A DNA stretch of 22,662 nt from an uncultured Candidatus Peribacteria bacterium (GTDB lineage: Bacteria; Patescibacteriota; Gracilibacteria; RBG-16-42-10), in contig CAZERA010000005.1 in the NCBI GenBank assembly GCA_964514565.1, positions 62,001-84,662 on the forward strand. The letters run 5' to 3'. Below, piece after piece: positions 8,620 to 16,882 of this stretch (positions are counted from its first letter, which is position 1; each line of letters opens with the position of its first letter). The position numbers and the translations under genes are program-made. The notes under the pieces are model-generated. The model had not been told where the DNA came from. It did no database searches and saw only the letters and a list, made by a program, of their open reading frames with translations.

Positions 8620-9918
8620 ATGACCCAAGATCTATCTTTGATTCTGCCCCAAGCGATTATTAGAATAATGGGACTTAGCTGCACCCAGATCGGTTTTTTT
8701 GCTTATAGTGAAAATACCCAGCTTCGTATTAGTCACGATCGCATTGCTTCACTGCCAGAACATTATGATTTCTTGGTCGCTTTGGACCCAAATGACGTCA
8801 GTGAATATCAACCACTAGTCAAAAAATCAGGTATTATTTTGTACAATGAAAATAGTATTCCTACCTTAAGAACCCACAAATGGTTTGATCCAAGCAGAAC
8901 GTATATCCCTATAGCGCTAGATAGTTTCGCCAAGCTCTGGGGCCCAGCTGATACGCTAAAGCCATTTGTAGCATTGGGAGCTTTAGCTGCATTAGTTGGA
9001 TTAGACACCGAAACCCTCTTTCATTATTTGCCGATCAATACTGAAGTGCTCAAAACAGCATATCAGGATTGCATCACTGCAGGCTTTGGCTACATCAGTG
9101 GACTAGATAAACAGACTACATATCAACTCAAAGCGCTATCGCATGATAGCTCCAGACTCTATATTAGTGGTTTCGATGCCATGTGCTTAGCTTTGCGCAA
9201 AGTAGATGCGACGACTATTGCTACTGCTGAACACAGCTATAACTTGTTTGGGGAAGCACTAAAAGACAGCTGCCGGCATTATGGCATTGGAGAACTTGAA
9301 GGCAGCGCTACCCTTTTGGCACCGCTCCATTTAGTATCAGCATTACAAAGTGCCTACCCCCACCATGTACTGATCATTCATCACCATGACGAAACAGCTC
9401 TTTTTGCCGCTACATCGCAAGCTAATAGTTATTTAGCTTCTGACATGGGTTCACTCTACAGCCATATCTATTTGGCAATGTTGAAACAACAAGTAGAAAA
9501 TAACGGCACCGTGATCTTTGTAGCAGACCATCTTCTTATGAGTTATCAGACCCTCCATGAGCTCCCAATCCCTAGCGAACAAATGTATGAGCCGTATTCT
9601 GTCTGGGGTAGTGAACGAGCACGCATTTGTATTTTAAGCACAGGCAGTAGCAAGGGCGTAATTATCGAAACCCAAGAGTTGCTCAAAATAGCCGAGGTAT
9701 CCACCAAGTATATTCACTTCAATCACAGTCGTGACACAACAAACTGGCTCCATGCCAACAATAATCAATGCGAATTAGTACTGATCACCACACCACTGAC
9801 CATCAGTGAAATACCCGCTTTGACTATCCCCAATCAAGAAATTGGTGAATGGCATGATGCGGTGCATTTAAGCCAAATAATTCAAAAGACAGTACAAGAT
9901 CAGAATAAAACACCGTAA
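8620..9918 (+). CDS. Divergent homolog of fused gamma-alpha 2-oxoacid:ferredoxin oxidoreductase subunit (KorA-like), lacking catalytic motifs
   Basis: Gamma-domain signatures QLRISHDRI...DFLVALD...LVKKSGIILYN and VALGALAALVGLD; alpha start ISGFDAMCLA; C-terminal domain WGSERARICILSTGSSKGVIIE. GxGGxG, RGG, YPITP and TSGPG motifs are absent. Confidence 0.72.
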   Translation: MTQDLSLILPQAIIRIMGLSCTQIGFFAYSENTQLRISHDRIASLPEHYDFLVALDPNDVSEYQPLVKKSGIILYNENSIPTLRTHKWFDPSRTYIPIALDSFAKLWGPADTLKPFVALGALAALVGLDTETLFHYLPINTEVLKTAYQDCITAGFGYISGLDKQTTYQLKALSHDSSRLYISGFDAMCLALRKVDATTIATAEHSYNLFGEALKDSCRHYGIGELEGSATLLAPLHLVSALQSAYPHHVLIIHHHDETALFAATSQANSYLASDMGSLYSHIYLAMLKQQVENNGTVIFVADHLLMSYQTLHELPIPSEQMYEPYSVWGSERARICILSTGSSKGVIIETQELLKIAEVSTKYIHFNHSRDTTNWLHANNNQCELVLITTPLTISEIPALTIPNQEIGEWHDAVHLSQIIQKTVQDQNKTP

Positions 9919-10043
9919 GGATTTGACTCAATGGCAAATTTGTCATAGGGTAACCTGAAAAGAAAAGTGTTTGCTGTTCCGATTAATGCAAAACAAAAAC
10001 TAATTTTCTGACCATTATATATGTATTATTTCCCTTCCCCCGT

Positions 10044-11024
10044 ATGGACATTCCTTTCAAAGAAATTGACGAATTAAAACGCGTTTTAGCTGAGGCAAAA
10101 ACTATTTTGTTGATCGATCCCGTTGGTATCGATGGTGACTCGATTGGTTCACACTTAGCTTGGCGTTTAGCATTAGAACAAACCGGCAAAAAAGTCTTCC
10201 ATTTCTGCCTCTCTGAACTACCTCCCAAATATACCTTCTTACCGGGCCACGAGTTAATTAGTCGAGAACTACCTGACTTTGCTGAAATAGATGTAGCGAT
10301 TCTCTGTGATCAAGGAGACTTCATGCATGGACTCAAGGACAAGTACAATGATCTCAAGACCAGCTGTACTATCATCAATATCGATCATCATTTTTCCAAT
10401 CAAGGCATCGGTCACATCAATATTGTGATTCCTGAAGCTACGTCTTCCACTCAAGTCACATTTCATTTGATGCAAGCTATGGGTGTACACATCACTCCAG
10501 ATATTGCTACTTGCTTACTCAATGGTATCTACACTGATACTGGTAGTTTTCAACATAGCAATACGACTCCCGAAGTACTTTCTCTCGCTTCGTACTTATT
10601 GAAACGTGGAGCCAATTTTCGCTCAATCGTTCACAACAATTTCCACTCTATGCCCATCAACAAGTTGCGTATTTGGGGTCGAGTACTAGAACGAGTGCAT
10701 TTATCTGAAAAACAAGTGAGTGTATCAGGCGTTACTCAACAAGATTTTAGTGAAACTCAAACAGGCCCAGATGCATTAGAAGGAGTGGTAGACTTCATGA
10801 CTGGCATCCCACAAAGTAAATTCAGTGTCCTACTTTCAGAGAGAGCCAACAATGTGGTTAAAGGTTCATTTCGCACATTGAGAGACGATATCGACTTATC
10901 TGCCTTGGCTCAACTCATGAATGGTGGTGGCCATCGCAAAGCATCAGGATTCTCACTGAGTGGTAGTCTCAAAATAGACTCCAATAAAATTAGCGTCGTA
11001 CCTGCCGCTTTACCTACTAGTTAA
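10044..11024 (+). CDS. nrnA: DHH/DHHA1 phosphoesterase (bifunctional oligoribonuclease/pAp phosphatase NrnA-like)
   Basis: DGDSIGS, INIDHH, GIYTDTGSF, KGSFR and GGGHRKASG motifs. Confidence 0.9.
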   Translation: MDIPFKEIDELKRVLAEAKTILLIDPVGIDGDSIGSHLAWRLALEQTGKKVFHFCLSELPPKYTFLPGHELISRELPDFAEIDVAILCDQGDFMHGLKDKYNDLKTSCTIINIDHHFSNQGIGHINIVIPEATSSTQVTFHLMQAMGVHITPDIATCLLNGIYTDTGSFQHSNTTPEVLSLASYLLKRGANFRSIVHNNFHSMPINKLRIWGRVLERVHLSEKQVSVSGVTQQDFSETQTGPDALEGVVDFMTGIPQSKFSVLLSERANNVVKGSFRTLRDDIDLSALAQLMNGGGHRKASGFSLSGSLKIDSNKISVVPAALPTS

Positions 11025-11038
11025 TTCCCATCTCCTGT

Positions 11039-11248
11039 ATGGCCAAAAAGCTTTGCGTGAGTAGCATGTGTATAGCTTGCAATATTTGTGTGCATGAAGC
11101 GCCAAATACTTTTGTGCTGGCAGAAGATCCAGAAACTCAAAGCATGATCTCAATAGTCACCAACCAAAGCGGTGACCCCCCTGAGCAAATTCAGAAAGCA
11201 ATCGATATGTGTCCAGTGATGGCCATTAGTTGGGAAGAAGACAAGTAA
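11039..11248 (+). CDS. Single-cluster ferredoxin
   Basis: CIACNIC...APNTF...AIDMCPVMAISW (CxxCxxC plus distal CP), 69 aa. Confidence 0.9.
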   Translation: MAKKLCVSSMCIACNICVHEAPNTFVLAEDPETQSMISIVTNQSGDPPEQIQKAIDMCPVMAISWEEDK

Positions 11249-11394
11249 GTAGCCACCATATTGCTGACAAAAGTAAAGCAGATCGGATATGAGAAAAGAG
11301 ATTGTTGATGCTAAAATACATCCAAGAACTTCAATCCAGATTATGATTTTTAGCATGATTAAACGTGCGGTAAGAAAGTAACCATCGCTTTACT

Positions 11395-11796
11395 ATGAGT
11401 ACATTTTCTACTGGTCCAAAATACTTCCATTACCTCCAAGCCCAAAAAGCGCTGACTCTGGTCAGTCCGATCGTGAGTGACTGTATGAAGCTGTACCAAG
11501 CTGCCCAGAAAGTACATCCAAGTGATCAGGAAACTATCAGCTATTACCAAGAATTGGCATCAAGATATCACAATGAGTTAAGCTTAATTGGCTGTATCTT
11601 AAAGAACCCAGCCACTGGCACCGTAGACTTCCCTACTCTTTACCAAGGTCGGACAGTAGCATTAAGCTGGCATTTTGGTGAGAAAAAGATTAATTACTGG
11701 CATGAAATGCAAGACGGTTTTGTCGCTAGAAAGAAAATTACTCCAGCATTTTTAAGTGAGATCATCATCGCCCTTCACCAAACCCCCACCCTATGA
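11395..11796 (+). CDS. DUF2203 family protein
   Basis: GCILKNPATGTVDFPTLYQGRTVALSWHFGEKKINYWHEMQDGFVARK resembles the DUF2203 pattern (GLvDFP...LcWk.GE..I..WH....GF.gR). ATGA overlap with pepA. Confidence 0.8.
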   Translation: MSTFSTGPKYFHYLQAQKALTLVSPIVSDCMKLYQAAQKVHPSDQETISYYQELASRYHNELSLIGCILKNPATGTVDFPTLYQGRTVALSWHFGEKKINYWHEMQDGFVARKKITPAFLSEIIIALHQTPTL

Positions 11797-13283
11797 AAAT
11801 TTCCTGCACTGCAGCTTTCACCCCCAATAAAAAGGCAAGTGAGACATTGGTTATCCCCTGTTATTTAGACAAAAAGCCAGCCAAGAATTATCAACTTGCC
11901 CAAACAGGCATAGTAGCAATCGATAAATATATCGCGACCTTGCTCTCTCACAAAGAATTTACTGGCAAGAGCCAAGAGATGTTGTACTGTTTTATCGATG
12001 GGGCGACGCCACAGTCTATTTTGTTGATCGGCCTTGGAGAAGCTAAATCGCTCACAGCTGAAGATTTACGCGAAGCAGGGGCAATGGTTACAAAAAAACT
12101 TCGCCAACTAAAAAAACCAGCCTTAGTTATTAGCAATCACTTGTTTAATAATGAGCATCTCGTCAATTTAGTAGAAGGTATCAGTTTAACCAACTACCAA
12201 ACCGACATATTTAAAACTAGCAAATCACGTCCGCCACTCCTAGCCAGTATCGTGATAGTAACTACAAGCAAAAATAAAGAGCTGTTACCGCAGCTCAATC
12301 GGGTATTGACCCTCTCAAAGCATATTCATCAAGTTCGTGATTTGATCAATATGCCAGCTGACAACATTTATCCAGAAAGCTTGGCACAGCATGCCAAAGA
12401 TATGAGTAAGAATTACAAGCTGACTTACCAAGTCTTGGGTGAGAAAGAAATTGTAAAATTAAAATTGAACCTGCTTTGGGCAGTTGGTAAAGGTAGCGTC
12501 CACAAACCTCGCCTAATTATTATGCGATATAACGGCGGCAAAAAAACTCAGGCCCCAGTTCTATTAGTAGGAAAAGGGATTACCTTTGATAGTGGAGGCT
12601 ACAATATTAAACCCACCAATTACATCGAAGACATGCATATGGATATGGCTGGTGGAGCCACTGTGATGGGTACGATTACTGCGTGTAGTGAACTCAAACT
12701 ACCAGTGAACGTGATTGCTATCGTCGCTGCTGCTGAAAATTTAGTTAGTAGCAATGCTTACAAACCAAGCGATATTATTACTGCTTACAATGGCAAGACA
12801 GTGGAGATTACCAATACTGATGCAGAGGGTCGCTTGGTATTAGCTGACGCTATTAGTTATGGTATTGAGAAATTCAAACCACAAGCAGTGATTGATTTAG
12901 CTACACTCACGGGGGCTTGTATGGTAGCGCTAGGTGACCGTTATTCCGGTATTTTCGGCAACAACGAAGCTTTAGTATCCCAGATCAAGAAAGCAGCAAC
13001 TGCTACTGATGAACTAGTATGGGAACTACCTATCCATCCTGATTATGACAAGAGACTAAAGAGTGAAAAAGCCGACATGGTAAACTGTGATGTCAAAACA
13101 CGTTTAGCTGGAGCCTCAACAGCTGCCGCTTTCCTCAAGAAATTTGCTGGCAAGACACCATGGATTCATCTAGATATTGCAGGCACTGCTTTTGGTAATA
13201 GTCCCAAAGCCTATGATGGTCATGGTGGCACTGGTTTTGGTGTACGAATGTTAGTTGAATATCTATCTAATCTCACAGCATAA
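11793..13283 (+). CDS. pepA: Leucyl aminopeptidase (M17)
   Basis: VGKGITFDSGGYNIK, DMAGG, NTDAEGRLVLAD, DLATLTGA and WIHLDIAG. Confidence 0.96.
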   Translation: MKISCTAAFTPNKKASETLVIPCYLDKKPAKNYQLAQTGIVAIDKYIATLLSHKEFTGKSQEMLYCFIDGATPQSILLIGLGEAKSLTAEDLREAGAMVTKKLRQLKKPALVISNHLFNNEHLVNLVEGISLTNYQTDIFKTSKSRPPLLASIVIVTTSKNKELLPQLNRVLTLSKHIHQVRDLINMPADNIYPESLAQHAKDMSKNYKLTYQVLGEKEIVKLKLNLLWAVGKGSVHKPRLIIMRYNGGKKTQAPVLLVGKGITFDSGGYNIKPTNYIEDMHMDMAGGATVMGTITACSELKLPVNVIAIVAAAENLVSSNAYKPSDIITAYNGKTVEITNTDAEGRLVLADAISYGIEKFKPQAVIDLATLTGACMVALGDRYSGIFGNNEALVSQIKKAATATDELVWELPIHPDYDKRLKSEKADMVNCDVKTRLAGASTAAAFLKKFAGKTPWIHLDIAGTAFGNSPKAYDGHGGTGFGVRMLVEYLSNLTA

Positions 13284-13284
13284 A

Positions 13285-14136
13285 ATGCCCGCCTGGCTCA
13301 AGCTCCTTCGTCCTACGCACTGGATCAAAAACGGTCTAGTGTTTGTTCCATTGGTATTCTCACTCAATATTCTAGATACCTGGGCAGTATTAGCATCATT
13401 CATTGGCTTTTTTAGCTTCTCTTTGATGGCTAGTACAATTTATGTACTCAACGACTATGTAGATATCGAACGTGATCAGGCTCACCCCACCAAGAAAAAT
13501 AGACCGTTGGCTTCAGGCAAAATTAGTAAGCCAGTTGGGCTATTATTAGCTTTCATTTGTTTCGCTCTCAGCATAGGTTTAGCACTACAGCTGCCATTAA
13601 TGTTTTTGATCGTACTGATTATCTATACAGCTTTAAATTTAAGCTATTCATTGTACCTCAAGCATGTAGTGATTATTGATCTCTTGATCGTAGCAGCATG
13701 TTACTTATTACGTGTATATGCTGGAGCAAAAGCAATTGGAGTGCCGATTACTAGTTGGTTGCTTTTCATTACTTTTTTCTTGGCTCTCTTTATCATTAGT
13801 GGCAAACGTTACTCAGAGATCTCTCATCATGGTGCCCACAGTAGACCAGTACTAGCAGAGTACAGTGCTGATTTCTTGGCTACGATCATGAATATCAGTG
13901 CTACTGGCGTAATCGTTTTCTACACCCTCTATACCACTACCAAAAACTTCTTATTTGGTTATTCAATCATCTTCATCATCTTCGCTCTTTTCCGCATCCT
14001 CTATTGGACCCAAGTCAAAAAAAGCGCCGAAGAACCAGAGAAGCTCTTTATGAAAGACCCATGGTTAGCGGGGACAGTAGTATTGTGGGCAATATTATCA
14101 GGCATTACACTGTATTATCCTACACTTATTCATTAG
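13285..14136 (+). CDS. UbiA family, polyprenyl-phosphate phosphoribosyltransferase (DPPR synthase-like)
   Basis: LLRPTHWIKNGLVFVP, YVLNDYVDIERDQAHPTKKNRPLASG, YSLYLKH, GKRYSE, RPVLAEYS; multiple TM helices. Start at 13285 follows the pepA stop. Confidence 0.88.
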   Translation: MPAWLKLLRPTHWIKNGLVFVPLVFSLNILDTWAVLASFIGFFSFSLMASTIYVLNDYVDIERDQAHPTKKNRPLASGKISKPVGLLLAFICFALSIGLALQLPLMFLIVLIIYTALNLSYSLYLKHVVIIDLLIVAACYLLRVYAGAKAIGVPITSWLLFITFFLALFIISGKRYSEISHHGAHSRPVLAEYSADFLATIMNISATGVIVFYTLYTTTKNFLFGYSIIFIIFALFRILYWTQVKKSAEEPEKLFMKDPWLAGTVVLWAILSGITLYYPTLIH

Positions 14137-14185
14137 TTTACTTAACTGATTAGGAATGTCATAATATGATGATTACTAATTAATC

Positions 14186-14956
14186 ATGGAAAACTTACAT
14201 AGGTTAGACTCTGCTGAGGAAACAAAATATCAAAGAGTACAAAGTTCAATTAAAAAACTACGCGATCAATACGCACTATCATTAGAAGATCTAGGTTTTT
14301 TAGAAGAACTATTCTTGCGCTTAGAAGTTACAGAAAAGAAACTAGAAGGAGATATCGCTCGCAGAGGCAATACTCGTGATCAAATTAAACTAGCTTGGGA
14401 AAAAACGATTAAGCAAACAAATGGAGTAACTAGTAGTTATGATGCTAATTCCAAGACTTCTGAAGAGCAGCAAGTTAGGCAGGTTGTTGAAAGAAAAGCA
14501 AAGTTATTAGCAAACCTGGAGTTGGCTGTCACCGGCTCAGTACCCGCATGTGAAGCGCTAAAAGGCCTAGTTGCTACATATTATGCAGATCGAGTACAAG
14601 AAGTTAATACTCCATTTCACTTGAGTAGAAAAAGTTTCAACACAGAGTTTGGTATTGATGTAATCACCAGTGCCAATGAATTTGATGTAAGGAAACTTGA
14701 TGCGTTATTAGTATTAGATTTCAAAGCTCCAGGTTTTAATACCGGCTATTTTGGCATTGATAGAGCAGTAACTAAGTTTATACCAATTCTTACCCGCTTA
14801 TTATCTGGAAATACTATTAATCGCGTAGAGCAAGGTCACCCTTTACTAAGATCTACTAAAAAGGGCGGCTATACACAAGAACAACTCCAGACAGTGCTAA
14901 GTAAATTAATTGAATATAAAGCAATAGACCAACAAAGACGCTTGGAGAAAAAGTAA
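14186..14956 (+). CDS. Hypothetical protein (helical, no recognised family)
   Basis: 256-codon ORF filling the gap between genes; charged, coiled-coil-like N-terminal half. Confidence 0.75.
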   Translation: MENLHRLDSAEETKYQRVQSSIKKLRDQYALSLEDLGFLEELFLRLEVTEKKLEGDIARRGNTRDQIKLAWEKTIKQTNGVTSSYDANSKTSEEQQVRQVVERKAKLLANLELAVTGSVPACEALKGLVATYYADRVQEVNTPFHLSRKSFNTEFGIDVITSANEFDVRKLDALLVLDFKAPGFNTGYFGIDRAVTKFIPILTRLLSGNTINRVEQGHPLLRSTKKGGYTQEQLQTVLSKLIEYKAIDQQRRLEKK

Positions 14957-14964
14957 GTTGACTC

Positions 14965-15321
14965 TTATTGCTGATAAACAATCAAATAAAGGCCACCAAT
15001 TACAATAAACATTCCCACAATTTGTACCCAGTGGATTGATTCTTGAAAGTATACTACTGAAAAGATAGTGACCAACAAAAAACCTAGTGAAGTAATAATT
15101 GGATAAGCTAGACTCAGGTTTAGCTTAGATAAAACATACGTATAGCAAAGCAGTGTCAAAGCAAATGAAATCATTCCTGCCCAAATTAGTGGGGTAGTAA
15201 AGAATGTCTTGAGACCATCCACAGTAAAGCTAAAACCTCCCATTTGTTTAGCACCTAATTTCATCAGGATATTAGCAGCACTATTACCAAGAACAGCCAA
15301 AAATAAAAAGATCCAAGTCAT
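14965..15321 (-). CDS. 4-TM SMR/EamA-like transporter, ArnE/ArnF-like subtype
   Basis: 118 aa, four hydrophobic helices, LSKLNLSLAYP and FQESI...IVG motifs; Asn13 at the position of the canonical SMR Glu. Confidence 0.85.
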   Translation of the reverse strand: MTWIFLFLAVLGNSAANILMKLGAKQMGGFSFTVDGLKTFFTTPLIWAGMISFALTLLCYTYVLSKLNLSLAYPIITSLGFLLVTIFSVVYFQESIHWVQIVGMFIVIGGLYLIVYQQ

Positions 15322-15376
15322 AAAATCAAGATTAATCAGCGTGCAAAAATCAGCATGCTCAATTAATTCAAGAAAA

Positions 15377-16744
15377 TCAAATAAGTTGACCTAATTTATC
15401 CCATAGCGTACCAGAGGCAATAAAGTCTTTACGCCAGTCAGACGTAAGACAATGCACCCCACCACCTTTCATTGCTTCAGCCGTGAAACCTGGTGCTAGA
15501 TGTAATGATGTGCCACTAACACGTAATTTTTGAGCAAAAGCATTATCTACTCTACGGAAACCGTATTGAGCTCCGGACATCTTTTGACGAAGTGCTCCAG
15601 CATGTAAACCACAACTAACAACTGTGTTGAGAGGACTAAAAACCAATGCTTCTTCATCATAACAAAGATCCTTTTTGCCTCTTACCTCATCAGGTAAGTA
15701 AATAGCTTTTGGTTCGGAATATGGAGGCTCTTGAGCAATATAAGGAAGAGGTGTTCTCTCCACTTCGAAATCATTCGCCAACATCTCTTTTACTTTATCT
15801 AAACGATGCTGTACACGAACATACTGTTGTTTAAATGTACCAAAGCGAACATCATGCAGATATTGTTCGAAGTTAAAGTGATACTGGCTAGGCTTGCCAG
15901 CTAGCCGGTCTTCTTCCGCTTTGAACCAATCATAAAATGCTTGTTCATCTCTCATTGTCTGAGCTGACATGCCAGCAATATCATTGATAAAACCTTGTAT
16001 ATCACCAACAAAAAACTTAGGCCGCCCATTGGCCTGAAGAACTGCAGAAACATACAAATCTAAGTGGAAAAGCGGAGGTAAATCCATATCATCCAATACG
16101 ACAACTTCACGACCAAATAGTTGAGATAACCGATCGATAAAACGTCGACGTGTATCCTGATAATCAACAGCCCTTTTTGCTAGTACACTTTCAATATATC
16201 GTGATCGCATTATGCTATTCATGCCCACAAATAATCTTTCACCAATAGGAAGTATATCTCCCCCTTCAATATAATCAGGCAAACATCGCACTGTTACTGG
16301 CTTATAGTTAAGCGGAATTGAAGCAAAAACTTCAGCACGGTTACGCACCTGACTTACTCCACTCAATGGATCTGAAGCTAAAAGCGTACGATAACCACTT
16401 TTACTATTTGTAGCTTGTAATAGATTGTCTCTCAACCATTCAGTTGGCCATACTGGTGAATCTTTACCAGGAATAATCTTCAAATTTGTACCAAAGAGCT
16501 TTCTTAATGCTACACGAGATTGGTCACCCAACTGTAGATCATTAACTAAAACCTGTTCCGGCTCGCCAATCACACTGTCTGTCAGCCGAAATTCTCCAGC
16601 AATTTTATTTTGACGATCAATATTTCTAATCTGCTCTCTTGTTACCTTTACTCCAGCCATAGAACTAGCTCCGAGCTCATAAAAGTCAGCCGTAAATCCG
16701 TTTATGTGTTCTCTAGTTGAATTGCTAGTAAATAACATTTTCAA
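15377..16744 (-). CDS. Pentein-fold guanidino-group modifying enzyme (agmatine/peptidylarginine deiminase-amidinotransferase superfamily)
   Basis: Ordered motifs WLRD, EGGD, HLD (16058-16066) and GGGVHC near the C-terminus. Start uncertain (16744 TTG, 16738 or 16660 ATG). Confidence 0.75.
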   Translation of the reverse strand: MKMLFTSNSTREHINGFTADFYELGASSMAGVKVTREQIRNIDRQNKIAGEFRLTDSVIGEPEQVLVNDLQLGDQSRVALRKLFGTNLKIIPGKDSPVWPTEWLRDNLLQATNSKSGYRTLLASDPLSGVSQVRNRAEVFASIPLNYKPVTVRCLPDYIEGGDILPIGERLFVGMNSIMRSRYIESVLAKRAVDYQDTRRRFIDRLSQLFGREVVVLDDMDLPPLFHLDLYVSAVLQANGRPKFFVGDIQGFINDIAGMSAQTMRDEQAFYDWFKAEEDRLAGKPSQYHFNFEQYLHDVRFGTFKQQYVRVQHRLDKVKEMLANDFEVERTPLPYIAQEPPYSEPKAIYLPDEVRGKKDLCYDEEALVFSPLNTVVSCGLHAGALRQKMSGAQYGFRRVDNAFAQKLRVSGTSLHLAPGFTAEAMKGGGVHCLTSDWRKDFIASGTLWDKLGQLI

Positions 16745-16882
16745 ACATATTACATGTCACTTTAAAACAAAAGCACAAAATTATCAATAACCAATGTCCA
16801 CTATCAAAGTAATCAGGTTGAATCAATGTAATACAAAAAACTACTACACGTATATACTAACGATGACTAACCGTACTAACTT

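Noticed and set aside
14965..16744. Guanidine-detox operon (pentein enzyme plus Gdx/SugE exporter)
   Set aside because: The SMR lacks the essential Glu13 and the Trp16 of Gdx, and no guanidine riboswitch is visible upstream. Co-orientation alone is insufficient.
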